Assembly (NCBI GenBank): GCA_048882505.1
Contig: JBHLRO010000004.1
Coordinates: 170,193-202,192 of the forward strand
Source of the DNA: Candidatus Thorarchaeota archaeon
GTDB taxonomy: Archaea; Asgardarchaeota; Heimdallarchaeia; Hodarchaeales; Hodarchaeaceae
Direction of reading: 5' to 3'
Length of the DNA: 32,000 bases
Of this stretch, positions 1 through 9,216 are shown one piece after another; the first letter of the stretch is position 1, and every line of letters starts with the position of its first letter. The notes beneath the pieces were generated by a model. It worked only from the letters and a program-made list of their open reading frames with translations. It was not told the origin of the DNA and ran no database searches. Both the position numbers and the translations under genes were made by a program.

Positions 1-1620
1 GCCCAACGAACCATTATATGGCATAGAACCTCCTCCAGTGTGCCATGTGGGAAGATTAGTATCATTTCGAATGGGAACCTTGGCATTTGGTCGCATTCCA
101 ATGTTGCCATTCACATCTGCATAAGCGACGTTTAAAGGAAGCATTTCAAAGTAACGAATCGCATCCCCAAACTCCGAAATATCATGCGCATGAATGAATT
201 GATAGCCAGCCCGAAAATCCATCGTAACGGCTTGGGATACCCACCTACAAGCGAGGACATTCTCCGAATAATTGTCGGGAATGGGAATTAATCCTGTAAA
301 AACGGGCCCATGGACAGTAGAATTGACAACAAATTTTACAGGTTCAGGTTCTCCCTTTACAGGGATTTCTATTGCTATATTTTCAAATTCGGTGGCAACT
401 CCTTTGTACCAGTAGTGAGTTTCATTTATGCCATTGTAATAGTACCAATCCAAAAGATCATATGCTGCAATTGTGTTTCCCCATGCCACATACCTGGTAA
501 ATCCGGCTGCAGGAAAATTGATTCCTGGAAGGAACACGCCATAAACGTTGAAATCACTGGATAGATCGATCAAATGAGCTTCGTACCACATCCCGGGAAG
601 TGTCCACCCCAAGTGCATGTCGATCGCTAGCATAGAGTTACCAGTAGCTGTTTTGTTACTGCCAACGACCCAATTATTGGAACCTCGATACCCAAGGTCA
701 AGTTTTTCATTAATTCGGCCAGCTTCCATTGGAAGCTGGGCCAATCTATCCATGAATGAATTAACGAGGTCTGATAACCGTTCCGGAGGGGATTTGACTG
801 AGTATTCCTCTCTGCCCTTTAATTTTTCAGGATTGGAGGCATTCAACGAAATATCAGAATATTCGCCATAGCTAGGGACTACCGGAATTTGGTAAGGGAG
901 GGGAAAGCCGAATAATTCGTTATAATCTGCTGCGCCAAGCGCATCCATTACCTGAAATCGTGAAAAATCTCCGTAACCCCAGGTAAAGTATTCTGATAGG
1001 AATTTTACCAGAACCATTGTATCAATGAGCTTCCATAATCTATTATTTGGTTCAGCACCAATCAAATAATATTCGATAGGCTTATCCTCTGGATGGAGGG
1101 TAAGATATGTGTTTATCCCCTCCGAATAGGCAACCAAGGCTTGATATATCGCTTCAATTTCAGGATCATCGCGATTTGCAAGGATGAAGTTGACAGTCTC
1201 ATTAGCCCAATGATTTTGGAGTTTCATAAGATTAAACATGTCTGTTTTTAGGCTAGCTGGGCCTAAAATCTCCGAAAGAAGGCCACGAGCAATGCGGCGA
1301 AAAAGATCCATCTGAAACCACCGATCTTGGGCGTGTACATACCCTAACGCAAACATCAGGTCGGGTTCATTGGTTCCGTAAATGTGGGGAACTCCCCATT
1401 CATCACGATACACGCTCACGTCATCAACCAATGAGGGCAAAGAGAGGGTCTCCCAGTTGGGATTTTCTTGGGGGATAGTCCAAATACCATTTCCCGGGAG
1501 CAACAAGGCTCCGAGAGGGGGTATAATGCTTAATGGCAAGGATAACAAAATTATCATGAGTAGAGTGGCTATTCCAGCTATAGTTGTTTTAATCAGAACC
1601 ATTTTTCGGGAATAAGACAT
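1..1620 (-). CDS. Penicillin acylase family Ntn-hydrolase, N-terminally membrane anchored; partial, runs off the left edge
   Basis: Missing from the ORF track because no stop falls inside the window. Manual minus-strand translation from ATG at 1620 gives MSYSRKMVLIKTTIAGIATLLMIILLSLPL (hydrophobic anchor), then RDEWGVPHIYG...ALGYVHAQDRWFQMDLFRR and GSNNWVVG, with the beta-chain catalytic Ser at 679-681. Confidence 0.93.
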   Translation of the reverse strand, partial: MSYSRKMVLIKTTIAGIATLLMIILLSLPLSIIPPLGALLLPGNGIWTIPQENPNWETLSLPSLVDDVSVYRDEWGVPHIYGTNEPDLMFALGYVHAQDRWFQMDLFRRIARGLLSEILGPASLKTDMFNLMKLQNHWANETVNFILANRDDPEIEAIYQALVAYSEGINTYLTLHPEDKPIEYYLIGAEPNNRLWKLIDTMVLVKFLSEYFTWGYGDFSRFQVMDALGAADYNELFGFPLPYQIPVVPSYGEYSDISLNASNPEKLKGREEYSVKSPPERLSDLVNSFMDRLAQLPMEAGRINEKLDLGYRGSNNWVVGSNKTATGNSMLAIDMHLGWTLPGMWYEAHLIDLSSDFNVYGVFLPGINFPAAGFTRYVAWGNTIAAYDLLDWYYYNGINETHYWYKGVATEFENIAIEIPVKGEPEPVKFVVNSTVHGPVFTGLIPIPDNYSENVLACRWVSQAVTMDFRAGYQFIHAHDISEFGDAIRYFEMLPLNVAYADVNGNIGMRPNAKVPIRNDTNLPTWHTGGGSMPYNGSLG

Positions 1621-1642
1621 AATCAATCCGATAAGCACGTAG

Positions 1643-1650
1643 AATAAAAA
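1643..1650 (-). promoter_or_regulatory. Probable TATA box (TTTTTATT) of the penicillin acylase gene
   Basis: AT box 23-30 nt upstream of ATG 1620, the spacing expected for a leaderless archaeal transcript. Confidence 0.4.
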
Positions 1651-1711
1651 GTTAGGTTGATCCCTTCATCCTTGACAAAACTGGTTTGATAGCTGTTTTA
1701 GTCGTTCAAAA

Positions 1712-3085
1712 CTATATCGCGATAGCGCGTCCCCTTGTTACGAGGAGTATGGGGATATCTGTAAGGTCTTGGTACATATCGGGATGTTCAGAGTGGATCG
1801 GAATTAGAAGGTCAGGGGAAATTGATTCTACGATGCGTTTCAAATCCCTTCGGGGGGCATGCCCAGACGCATGTAACTGTTTGAAATCTAGATGAAAGAA
1901 TTCGGTCCATTGTTGCAATCTCTTGAAATCTATTAGTCCCTCTTCATCAAAGGGATCTCCATGAGAGTAAATGAATACGGATTGGGCCTGTGGGTGGATA
2001 TCAATGAGATCTGTCAGATTCCAAAAATCGCAGTGGAAAATATATTCGGTCTGGTCAAAGTTTGGACTGTCGGTTGTTGTGATGTCTGGATCATCAAAAA
2101 CAGAAGTTTCCCACCTATAATAACGTGATTTTTGACGTTTATAAACCTCTATATGAGGATCAGAGAGGGAGGGGATATCCAAATGAACGTCATCTTGAAG
2201 TAACCGCAGTAGATGTGCTTGTCTCGGCGGGATGAGCAACTTCCGATCCGTGGCTTTCGCAGACAAGTAGATGGAACGGAAGCGATCGATGTCCCGAAGC
2301 GAATAATTTGCGATTACTAGACCTTCTGTTTCTGAAATCGCGATAGCCATATCCCGTTGAACGTTGGCTTCATTATCTTCGAAATCTTCATTGACATTTG
2401 TTCCTTCCATGAGAAGAGCATTTAAGTTGATGTGCTTTGCCTTTTTAATAAAATCTTCAGTAAGATCTTGCCGCCATCCATGTAAGCGCAAATCTCCAGA
2501 ATAACCAATGGTTATATCGGTGTTCCGATCTTCGACGATGAAGCCATAACTACCTGGAAGAGAATGATCAACATGGATAGGCGTTACGTCAACTCCTGGA
2601 ATCTGAATTACATCACCAGTCCTAAAAGTACGAACATTTGATGGCTGCTGTTCTGTGGCGACCTTGACGTACGGGCGTCCGAATCTAGGGCGTGAGGTCT
2701 CCTGAATGGACTGTATGATGGTCTTTGCGGTTTCTCCCATGTATACTGGAATTCGTTCGTTTAGTAAATTGAGGTTACCGAAATGGTCTATATGAGCGTG
2801 TGAGAGGAAACAAGAATGAATGTGGAGATTGGAGGCTGCTTTAGGAGGAAATTCCTTTTGAAAGTCTTCAGCGTATAGTTCGGGAATGGCTGGAATGATA
2901 TCGAATTCCAACAGGTCTTTTAATCCGATTTTCGTTCTTGGCTGCAAAAATCCTGAAAAATAGATGTTTTCACGAGAAAAAGATCGACCGAAATCCAAAA
3001 GCAGATTGGCTGAATCCATTGCCAAAAGGAAAGCATTCCCTCCGATCTCATTCACACCTCCTAATGCGGTGATTTTCATAACCAT
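1712..3085 (-). CDS. Metallo-beta-lactamase / beta-CASP hydrolase, RNase J-like
   Basis: ALGGVNEIGGN start, LLDFG, HAHIDH (HxHxDH), HVDHS, YSGD, LMEGT, HASGH and PIHSE motifs in the expected order. Confidence 0.88.
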   Translation of the reverse strand: MVMKITALGGVNEIGGNAFLLAMDSANLLLDFGRSFSRENIYFSGFLQPRTKIGLKDLLEFDIIPAIPELYAEDFQKEFPPKAASNLHIHSCFLSHAHIDHFGNLNLLNERIPVYMGETAKTIIQSIQETSRPRFGRPYVKVATEQQPSNVRTFRTGDVIQIPGVDVTPIHVDHSLPGSYGFIVEDRNTDITIGYSGDLRLHGWRQDLTEDFIKKAKHINLNALLMEGTNVNEDFEDNEANVQRDMAIAISETEGLVIANYSLRDIDRFRSIYLSAKATDRKLLIPPRQAHLLRLLQDDVHLDIPSLSDPHIEVYKRQKSRYYRWETSVFDDPDITTTDSPNFDQTEYIFHCDFWNLTDLIDIHPQAQSVFIYSHGDPFDEEGLIDFKRLQQWTEFFHLDFKQLHASGHAPRRDLKRIVESISPDLLIPIHSEHPDMYQDLTDIPILLVTRGRAIAI

Positions 3086-3133
3086 CGATCCATCTGTAAA
3101 CCTGAAGCAAAGAACCTGGTTAAATTTTTTTTC

Positions 3134-3586
3134 TTAAACCAAGTACGTCACAAGGGCAAATCCCAAAGCTATTAGACCTAATACTTTAAATGCTAGGTTT
3201 CCAATTAATGAATCCCAGCTAAATTTTCCCACCTTTAATTTAATAAATCCAACCCAAACTCCACCATAGTTGAAGGCATCTGCAAATACGTGAGCAAATA
3301 AGGCACCGAAACTGCCAACCAATCCCATCCAAACGAGATCCATTTCAGGGGGGATCCATAGAAGTAGGCCTAAAGGGAGTCCGAACAAGAGGTTGTGCGT
3401 CCATTTACCTCTATGAGGAACAATCTGGTTGAATGCTATTCTTGAAATCTTTTGGTCATAATCGGGGAGACGAGAAAAGATTGGCGCGAGAATGAGCGTA
3501 CCTCCTGCCCATAGCCAGAAATCCAATCTATACAGTATGATGCCGACGAACCCCATCCCAAAAAGAATATGAGTTCTGCCCTTCAT
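3134..3586 (-). CDS. YdjM-like membrane-bound metal-dependent hydrolase
   Basis: GRTH, PDYD, HRGKWTHNL and HVFADAFNYGGV motifs separated by hydrophobic segments. Confidence 0.85.
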   Translation of the reverse strand: MKGRTHILFGMGFVGIILYRLDFWLWAGGTLILAPIFSRLPDYDQKISRIAFNQIVPHRGKWTHNLLFGLPLGLLLWIPPEMDLVWMGLVGSFGALFAHVFADAFNYGGVWVGFIKLKVGKFSWDSLIGNLAFKVLGLIALGFALVTYLV

Positions 3587-3854
3587 AGGTTTATCTCACG
3601 TAGTTATTCAAGGTAATATCGGCTTTTTCTTTATCTTCTCCTGATTTATCGAGTGGCCAATAATTTTATGGAATAATAGAAACGCTGGATCTTATTTATC
3701 AAATTTATGTTAAGATGTCGAGAAGCTCTTCGCCAATGTTATAGAAATTCTGTCCAAAGGGATATACTTCGGATAACATTCTCAATAATCTAAAAAACCA
3801 GAATCCTCTAGGCTTCAATATTGAGGTTTTCAAGCATCTGAGCGAATCCTGATC

Positions 3855-6785
3855 ATGAAAATCATTAACACCGTCTTTTTGGAGCGAAACAACGGAGATC
3901 TTAAGCTATTTGACCTCCAAAACCAAATAACTATTCAGTTGACGCTCTTTCGTCCTTGGGTGTTTTTTCCATTTTCTAGTGTTGAATATTATACACCTAT
4001 TCGGGTGATCAATCCCTTCCTGGTGGATGAAGTGGAAAATGTCTATGAAACAACCCCCGATACGCTGATTTTACTCAACCCAGACGTCCTGATCAATTCG
4101 CGTGCAATAACAAGTGCTGGTTCCTGTCCTCGTCGTGCATATATCGACCATATCTTGGGTGAGACTAAAACCAACCTTCCCATGGTTCGAGGATCTATAA
4201 TCCATGAGGCGTACTCAGATATTATTGCCAATTATACTCCCGCCCAAGATGCAATGGAAATTGCAATTGAAAGATTTGCGTTCATCCTGGATATTCTTGA
4301 AGTTAATCTGGAGGAATTAAGGAAGGATGTCCTCCGCGTATTAAGAGGTTTAGAGCTATCAGCCCCTACACTCCAATCAAAGACTGTGCAACCTGAGATC
4401 ACATTTCTTAGTCCAGAATTCGGAATTATGGGGCGTATCGATTACTGGAGTCCTGAAGAAATCTATGAGCTAAAGACGGGTCGAAGAATTCCCCAACGAA
4501 ACACATGGTTTTCCGATCTTCTCCAGACGGTGATTTACATGCACGGACTTAGTTCTAGTTCTGAAAAAGCGGTTACTAAAAGCTCGGTCATTTATTCAGG
4601 AGAAGGTATACCAGCGTTTCGTCAGACCAACCTTGATCAAACACTTCTACAACAAATACATATGGCGCGTAATTATTCCTATCTTGTTCAATTTTCTGGA
4701 TATATACCGAAGATCTTAGGGACTAGGGTCTGCGATCGATGTTTCAGCAAAGAGGAATGTCACATTCTCGGAGATATTTTTGATGAAAATGCATCCGCTC
4801 CATCTAGGGCGTTTCTCTATTTAACGCACTGGAGTAGGTTGACGGGCCTGGAACATACAAAGAATCGTCAAGATTTTTCATTTCTATGGAAATTATCACC
4901 CCAGGGACGAGTCAAGCTGGGAAAGGCTATTTCTGACCTTCAGTTGACTAAGAGAAACAAAAAGAAGAATCTCTACCTCTATAATGGTATTAACAATTCT
5001 GAACTCCGCCCAGGGCAGCTAGTTATCTTAAGTCAAGGAAATCCGATTTTAGATAACACTATGATGGCTACTATTGCAGAAATCAGTCGATCTAAGGTCA
5101 TTTTGAATAGCCAAGGGAAATTACCCAAGAAGGCGTTTATTGATGCATATTCATCTGATTTTCTCTTTCGCAGGCTTAACAAGAATCTGTTCGATATTAC
5201 TTTTGGAATTAGAAAAGACCACAAATCACACGACCTCATTATTAATGCCAAGAAACCGAGGTTCGGTTCTGGAACTGTTCAGGAGGTTCCTGGCTTTGAT
5301 AAAAGCCAATCAGATGCTATTCAGAAGGCTCTATCCGCTCTAGATTATTGCTTGATAGTTGGTCCAGCCGGTACAGGAAAGACGTACACCATAGCTAAAC
5401 TTGTCGAAATTTTACGCAGACAAGGTCAAACCATCCTACTGACCGCATATACAAATACAGCCGTCGACAACATGATAGATCTATATTTAGCACTCGTTGG
5501 GGATGACAAAAAGCAGGAAATCGTACGTTTCGGAAGCGAACATACGGTCTCCTCCTCTACAATCGATCTCTTGCCCCAAGAAAAAGGCTTGAAATTCCAC
5601 GAATTATTAAAAACTCCCATTTTAGCAGGTACCACGAGTACACTTTCTCGTAGCCTGTACGATGATCTAATAGTTGATACCGTAATCGTGGATGAAGCAT
5701 CACAGATGACAGAACCTTCCGTTCTAGCTGGGGTGACCAAAGGGACACGTTTCATTCTCGTAGGAGATGATAAACAATTGCCGCCGCTCATTCAAAACCC
5801 GAGGGCCGATCGTGAGGGATTGAGCACAAGCATGTTTGAACGGCTTAGGAAGGTGCATCCTGATGGAGTTGTCCAGTTACAATACCAATACCGTATGCAT
5901 AATGCCCTAATGGATTTCAGCAACAGAATGTTTTACCATGGAACAGTTTCGCCTGCTACGATACAGATTGGCAATCAGACTTTATGGGAGATATTGCCAG
6001 AAGACACGCCAGCTTTTTCCAGCGATCCAGTATATCAGACTATTCTTGATCCGAACCAACCATTGGTGTACGTCGGGATCCAAACGAATTTCGACAAGAA
6101 AAGACGCGTGAATCCTGAAGAGGCAGTTGCTGCGCACAAGATCGTTAATGCCTATCTTAAGATGGGAATCAAGGATGAAGATATCGGCGTCATTGCACCA
6201 TTTCGTGGCCAGGTTGCAGAAATTACCCGATTGGTCGGAACCGAAAGCGAGGTAGTCATTGATACAATTGATCGCTTCCAGGGCTCTGATAAGGAAGTTA
6301 TAATCCTATCGTTATGCACCCTAGTCCGTCCTCATATCCTGGAGGACGAACGTCGATTAAATGTAGCGCTTACACGAGCCAAAAGAAAGATGATTATACT
6401 AGGGGGACTTCCCCATTCAGAAAAAACGATCCCGCTTTTCCAGGACTTGTTTTCCCACATAGAACGGAACTACTCCTTTATTCTCTTGACGTCAACCCCT
6501 CCAAAATCAGAGGAACAGGATCTTGGACGGCGAGACGATGAGGATTCGGCCCTGATGCTTAGTACGGATATGGCCTATCAACCCCTCACTACGGATGATG
6601 TCATCCAAAGAGTGAAAGTACCAAAAGAAGAGCCCGTATGTGTTCTTTGCCAAGATCCAGTTCAGGATCAAACCTTGCTCAGATGCCCAATATGCAATCA
6701 GGCATACCACCTAGAGCACCTTCAGGATTGGTTAATGTCACAGGATTTTTGTGTAACCTGTCAGTCACATATCCAGCTTACTTAA
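3855..6785 (+). CDS. dna2: Dna2-like Fe-S nuclease / SF1 helicase with a C-terminal RING-type zinc finger
   Basis: LILLNPDVLI..SCPRRA (first Fe-S Cys), RGSIIHE, GRIDY..YELKTG (D-ExK), QTVIY, CDRCFSKEEC (other three Cys). Helicase motifs GPAGTGKT, DEASQ, VGDDKQLPP, QYRMH, TIDRFQG, RLNVALTRA. Terminal C-x2-C-x11-C-x2-C-x4-H-x2-H-x10-C-x2-C at 6639-6761. Confidence 0.9.
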   Translation: MKIINTVFLERNNGDLKLFDLQNQITIQLTLFRPWVFFPFSSVEYYTPIRVINPFLVDEVENVYETTPDTLILLNPDVLINSRAITSAGSCPRRAYIDHILGETKTNLPMVRGSIIHEAYSDIIANYTPAQDAMEIAIERFAFILDILEVNLEELRKDVLRVLRGLELSAPTLQSKTVQPEITFLSPEFGIMGRIDYWSPEEIYELKTGRRIPQRNTWFSDLLQTVIYMHGLSSSSEKAVTKSSVIYSGEGIPAFRQTNLDQTLLQQIHMARNYSYLVQFSGYIPKILGTRVCDRCFSKEECHILGDIFDENASAPSRAFLYLTHWSRLTGLEHTKNRQDFSFLWKLSPQGRVKLGKAISDLQLTKRNKKKNLYLYNGINNSELRPGQLVILSQGNPILDNTMMATIAEISRSKVILNSQGKLPKKAFIDAYSSDFLFRRLNKNLFDITFGIRKDHKSHDLIINAKKPRFGSGTVQEVPGFDKSQSDAIQKALSALDYCLIVGPAGTGKTYTIAKLVEILRRQGQTILLTAYTNTAVDNMIDLYLALVGDDKKQEIVRFGSEHTVSSSTIDLLPQEKGLKFHELLKTPILAGTTSTLSRSLYDDLIVDTVIVDEASQMTEPSVLAGVTKGTRFILVGDDKQLPPLIQNPRADREGLSTSMFERLRKVHPDGVVQLQYQYRMHNALMDFSNRMFYHGTVSPATIQIGNQTLWEILPEDTPAFSSDPVYQTILDPNQPLVYVGIQTNFDKKRRVNPEEAVAAHKIVNAYLKMGIKDEDIGVIAPFRGQVAEITRLVGTESEVVIDTIDRFQGSDKEVIILSLCTLVRPHILEDERRLNVALTRAKRKMIILGGLPHSEKTIPLFQDLFSHIERNYSFILLTSTPPKSEEQDLGRRDDEDSALMLSTDMAYQPLTTDDVIQRVKVPKEEPVCVLCQDPVQDQTLLRCPICNQAYHLEHLQDWLMSQDFCVTCQSHIQLT

Positions 6786-6825
6786 AAGCCTGGGCCATTG
6801 TACCTAACGTAGATCGGTCTTCGAG

Positions 6826-8568
6826 TTGCAGAATATTAATCAGAAGGAGTTAGGGGCATATTATACCCCAAGCGGAACAGCAAAACATCTGGTCCAGACT
6901 TCCCTCTCTGCTTTTTTCCTCCATGATATCCGGAATGCCACTGGAAAATTCTTTGTTTCGTTAGGTGACGCCTTATCAGCCAGTGATCAGAATGTCATCA
7001 ATCGCCTCGATCAAGCTGCCAGACAGATTAGAGTTTTGGATGGCGCGGTCGGGGACGGGCAGCTCATTCTCGCGGCATTGGAATTTCTCAGTCAAGTTCG
7101 TCAGGTAACCAACAGGCGCCTAATGGCTAAGGTTATCACCGAACATGATTTGTTGCGTGATATTGTACAGTCCAATCTATTTGCGATGGACATTGCCTCA
7201 ATGGCCGTTCAAGAATGTCGTGAAAATATCATCGCCTTATTCGGTCAGATTCAAAATTCAGAGAAAAACGCTATTAACACAAATATCATGCGAAACTTGA
7301 TACAAGGAAATTTCTTGGAATCTACTCTGGATAACTGGTCAAACCTGAAAGGAATCAAGGGGGTTGATATTGTACTCGGTAATCCTCCATGGGGTCGTAA
7401 TATACTTGACCAGAAGGAAAAATTCAGATGGAAAAAGGAATTTAATATTCAAAGTTCTCTTCGTAACCTAAACGTCTTTGAAATTTTCCTCCACAAGGCA
7501 ACGCATCTCCTCGCCCCTTCAAGGGGGATTTTGGGGTTCCTTCTGCCAAAAAACTTTACACGTTCTAATCATTACACAGCCTTAAGAGAATTTATCCTTA
7601 ATACCTACCAAATTTTGACACTCGACTTTTTTAACTTGTTTCAAGACGTAACACAGGAATTTATTTCCCTTGTCGCACGAAAAGCTGAACTAATACCTTC
7701 TGATCATAAAATCGTCGTTGATAAGAAAATTCAGATTCCCCAATTACTGTATAGCCAAACTATAGATTTCATTTTTACACGTGATTATAATTCGGAATTC
7801 CGACAAATCCATCAAGCTATTATACATAATTCACACCCCTTAGAATCGTTTGTTACGATCCGTCGTGGAGAAGAGCTTTCTAAAAAGGGAACGATTATGT
7901 TTTGCCCACGCTGCAAAGAATGGGTACCCTTTTCAAGCCGAAAAAGGGATACAATCTGTCCTCGTTGCACGAAAGCTATTCCAAAAACACAATTACAGCT
8001 ATATCACCTTATCAAATCTCGTCCTGATGATAAACATACAGAACATATACTGACCGGGTTAGATTTTGGTGAATTTGAGATTAAAACGACCCATTATTTC
8101 GATGATAGCGTCCCATTTTATTCCAAAAAGGACACTGGAATTTACAAATCGCCCAAACTGATAGTTCAAAAGATCAAACGTGTCCCATGTGCAGCATTTG
8201 ATGACGATTCTCATCGGACAACGCAAAATGTCTATAATCTGCAATTGAAATCAGATTATAAGGGGTCTCCTGAAATTCTATTTTATATTTTGGCGATTCT
8301 TAATTCGAGATTGATTCAATGGTATTATGAGAGGCAATTCAATCTTGGTTCTCATTACACAAATGCCATTAGCATCAGGAACTTACGTCGATTTCCCCTG
8401 AAAGATGCCAATCTACTGGAGGGTACGGGATTCGAGATCGTGAAATTGTCCAAATCATTATCCAATACTTCCACCTCATCTTCATCCTTCAAGACACTTT
8501 GCGAAAAGCTAGATACGGCTGTATTACAACATTTTGGGCTTTCCGACATTCAATTGCCCATTATTTAG
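6826..8568 (+). CDS. Gamma-class amino DNA methyltransferase (TaqI/Eco57I-like) with a CxxC-CxxC insertion and no endonuclease domain
   Basis: TTG start. GAYYTP (motif X), VLDGAVGDG (variant motif I), GNPPW (motif IV), TaqI_C-like tail (PKLIVQK...LAILNSRL). CPRC-x14-CPRC at 7903-7968. Confidence 0.85.
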   Translation: MQNINQKELGAYYTPSGTAKHLVQTSLSAFFLHDIRNATGKFFVSLGDALSASDQNVINRLDQAARQIRVLDGAVGDGQLILAALEFLSQVRQVTNRRLMAKVITEHDLLRDIVQSNLFAMDIASMAVQECRENIIALFGQIQNSEKNAINTNIMRNLIQGNFLESTLDNWSNLKGIKGVDIVLGNPPWGRNILDQKEKFRWKKEFNIQSSLRNLNVFEIFLHKATHLLAPSRGILGFLLPKNFTRSNHYTALREFILNTYQILTLDFFNLFQDVTQEFISLVARKAELIPSDHKIVVDKKIQIPQLLYSQTIDFIFTRDYNSEFRQIHQAIIHNSHPLESFVTIRRGEELSKKGTIMFCPRCKEWVPFSSRKRDTICPRCTKAIPKTQLQLYHLIKSRPDDKHTEHILTGLDFGEFEIKTTHYFDDSVPFYSKKDTGIYKSPKLIVQKIKRVPCAAFDDDSHRTTQNVYNLQLKSDYKGSPEILFYILAILNSRLIQWYYERQFNLGSHYTNAISIRNLRRFPLKDANLLEGTGFEIVKLSKSLSNTSTSSSSFKTLCEKLDTAVLQHFGLSDIQLPII

Positions 8569-8896
8569 TATGGTATCTACTCGGTTCCGCAAAAAAGTCC
8601 ATAGCCTTTACAGGGGTATGGAACTCTGCAGAATGGACGACTCCGTCTGGTATATAGTACGTATCACCTTTTACGTAACGTTTACTCACTTCAGAAACTG
8701 TTAGTGTCATTTCTCCTTCAAGAACCACTCCAAACTGAGCAGCATGGCTATGGGGAGGCAACCTACCTATCGAGGAGATATCAAAAAACACAATCTGGAA
8801 TGTTTCCCCTTGTGCAATCCATCCTTTGATTCCTTCTAAGGGGATCTTTGCTTCGGGAAGACTAGAAATTATTGGAGGGTAAAATTCGGATACCAT
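8561..8896 (-). CDS. Cupin domain protein
   Basis: PPHSHAAQFGVVLEGEM and YYIPDGVVHSA cupin motifs. Alternative GTG start at 8905. Confidence 0.85.
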   Translation of the reverse strand: MVSEFYPPIISSLPEAKIPLEGIKGWIAQGETFQIVFFDISSIGRLPPHSHAAQFGVVLEGEMTLTVSEVSKRYVKGDTYYIPDGVVHSAEFHTPVKAMDFFAEPSRYHTK

Positions 8897-9020
8897 CGTT
8901 TTCACAAATCGTCCGTGAATGGAAGTTTTTTAAAGACTGTTGTGCTGATGATTACGATCTTCGCATTGATTTAAGAAACTGACAAAGCTTACGAATTTGC
9001 TGTGTTTGTCAAACTAACAG

Positions 9021-9209
9021 ATGAAGGGGTGCCAAAATGTTCAATCCCCATTTCCCTCAACCTCCTTGAATCGCATCATTAACAACACCATTTACGATAA
9101 TGGAATTGGCATCAGTAATGCTGGTACAAGTAATTTTCTTGACAACAATAGAATTCAACAAAGCAGAGGACGGGGAAAATCCCTAGAGTCTTTCAGTAGA
9201 AACCAATGA
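9021..9209 (+). pseudogene. Possible remnant of a NosD/parallel beta-helix gene
   Basis: Only the segment NRIINNTIYDNGIGISNAGTSNFLDNNRI resembles beta-helix coils; the flanks do not look protein-like. Confidence 0.25.
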
Positions 9210-9216
9210 GCTCTCC

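Noticed and set aside
310-1615. Plus-strand ORFs 310..564, 617..871 and 1382..1615
   Set aside because: Antisense shadows of the penicillin acylase gene, with no motifs of their own.
3855-4800. Nuclease domain as Cas4 marking a CRISPR locus
   Set aside because: It is fused to an SF1 helicase in Dna2 architecture, with no cas1/cas2 or array nearby.
5426-5791. 121-aa minus-strand ORF and other short ORFs inside dna2, the MTases, TPR and ABC genes
   Set aside because: Nested in well-supported genes and lacking motifs.
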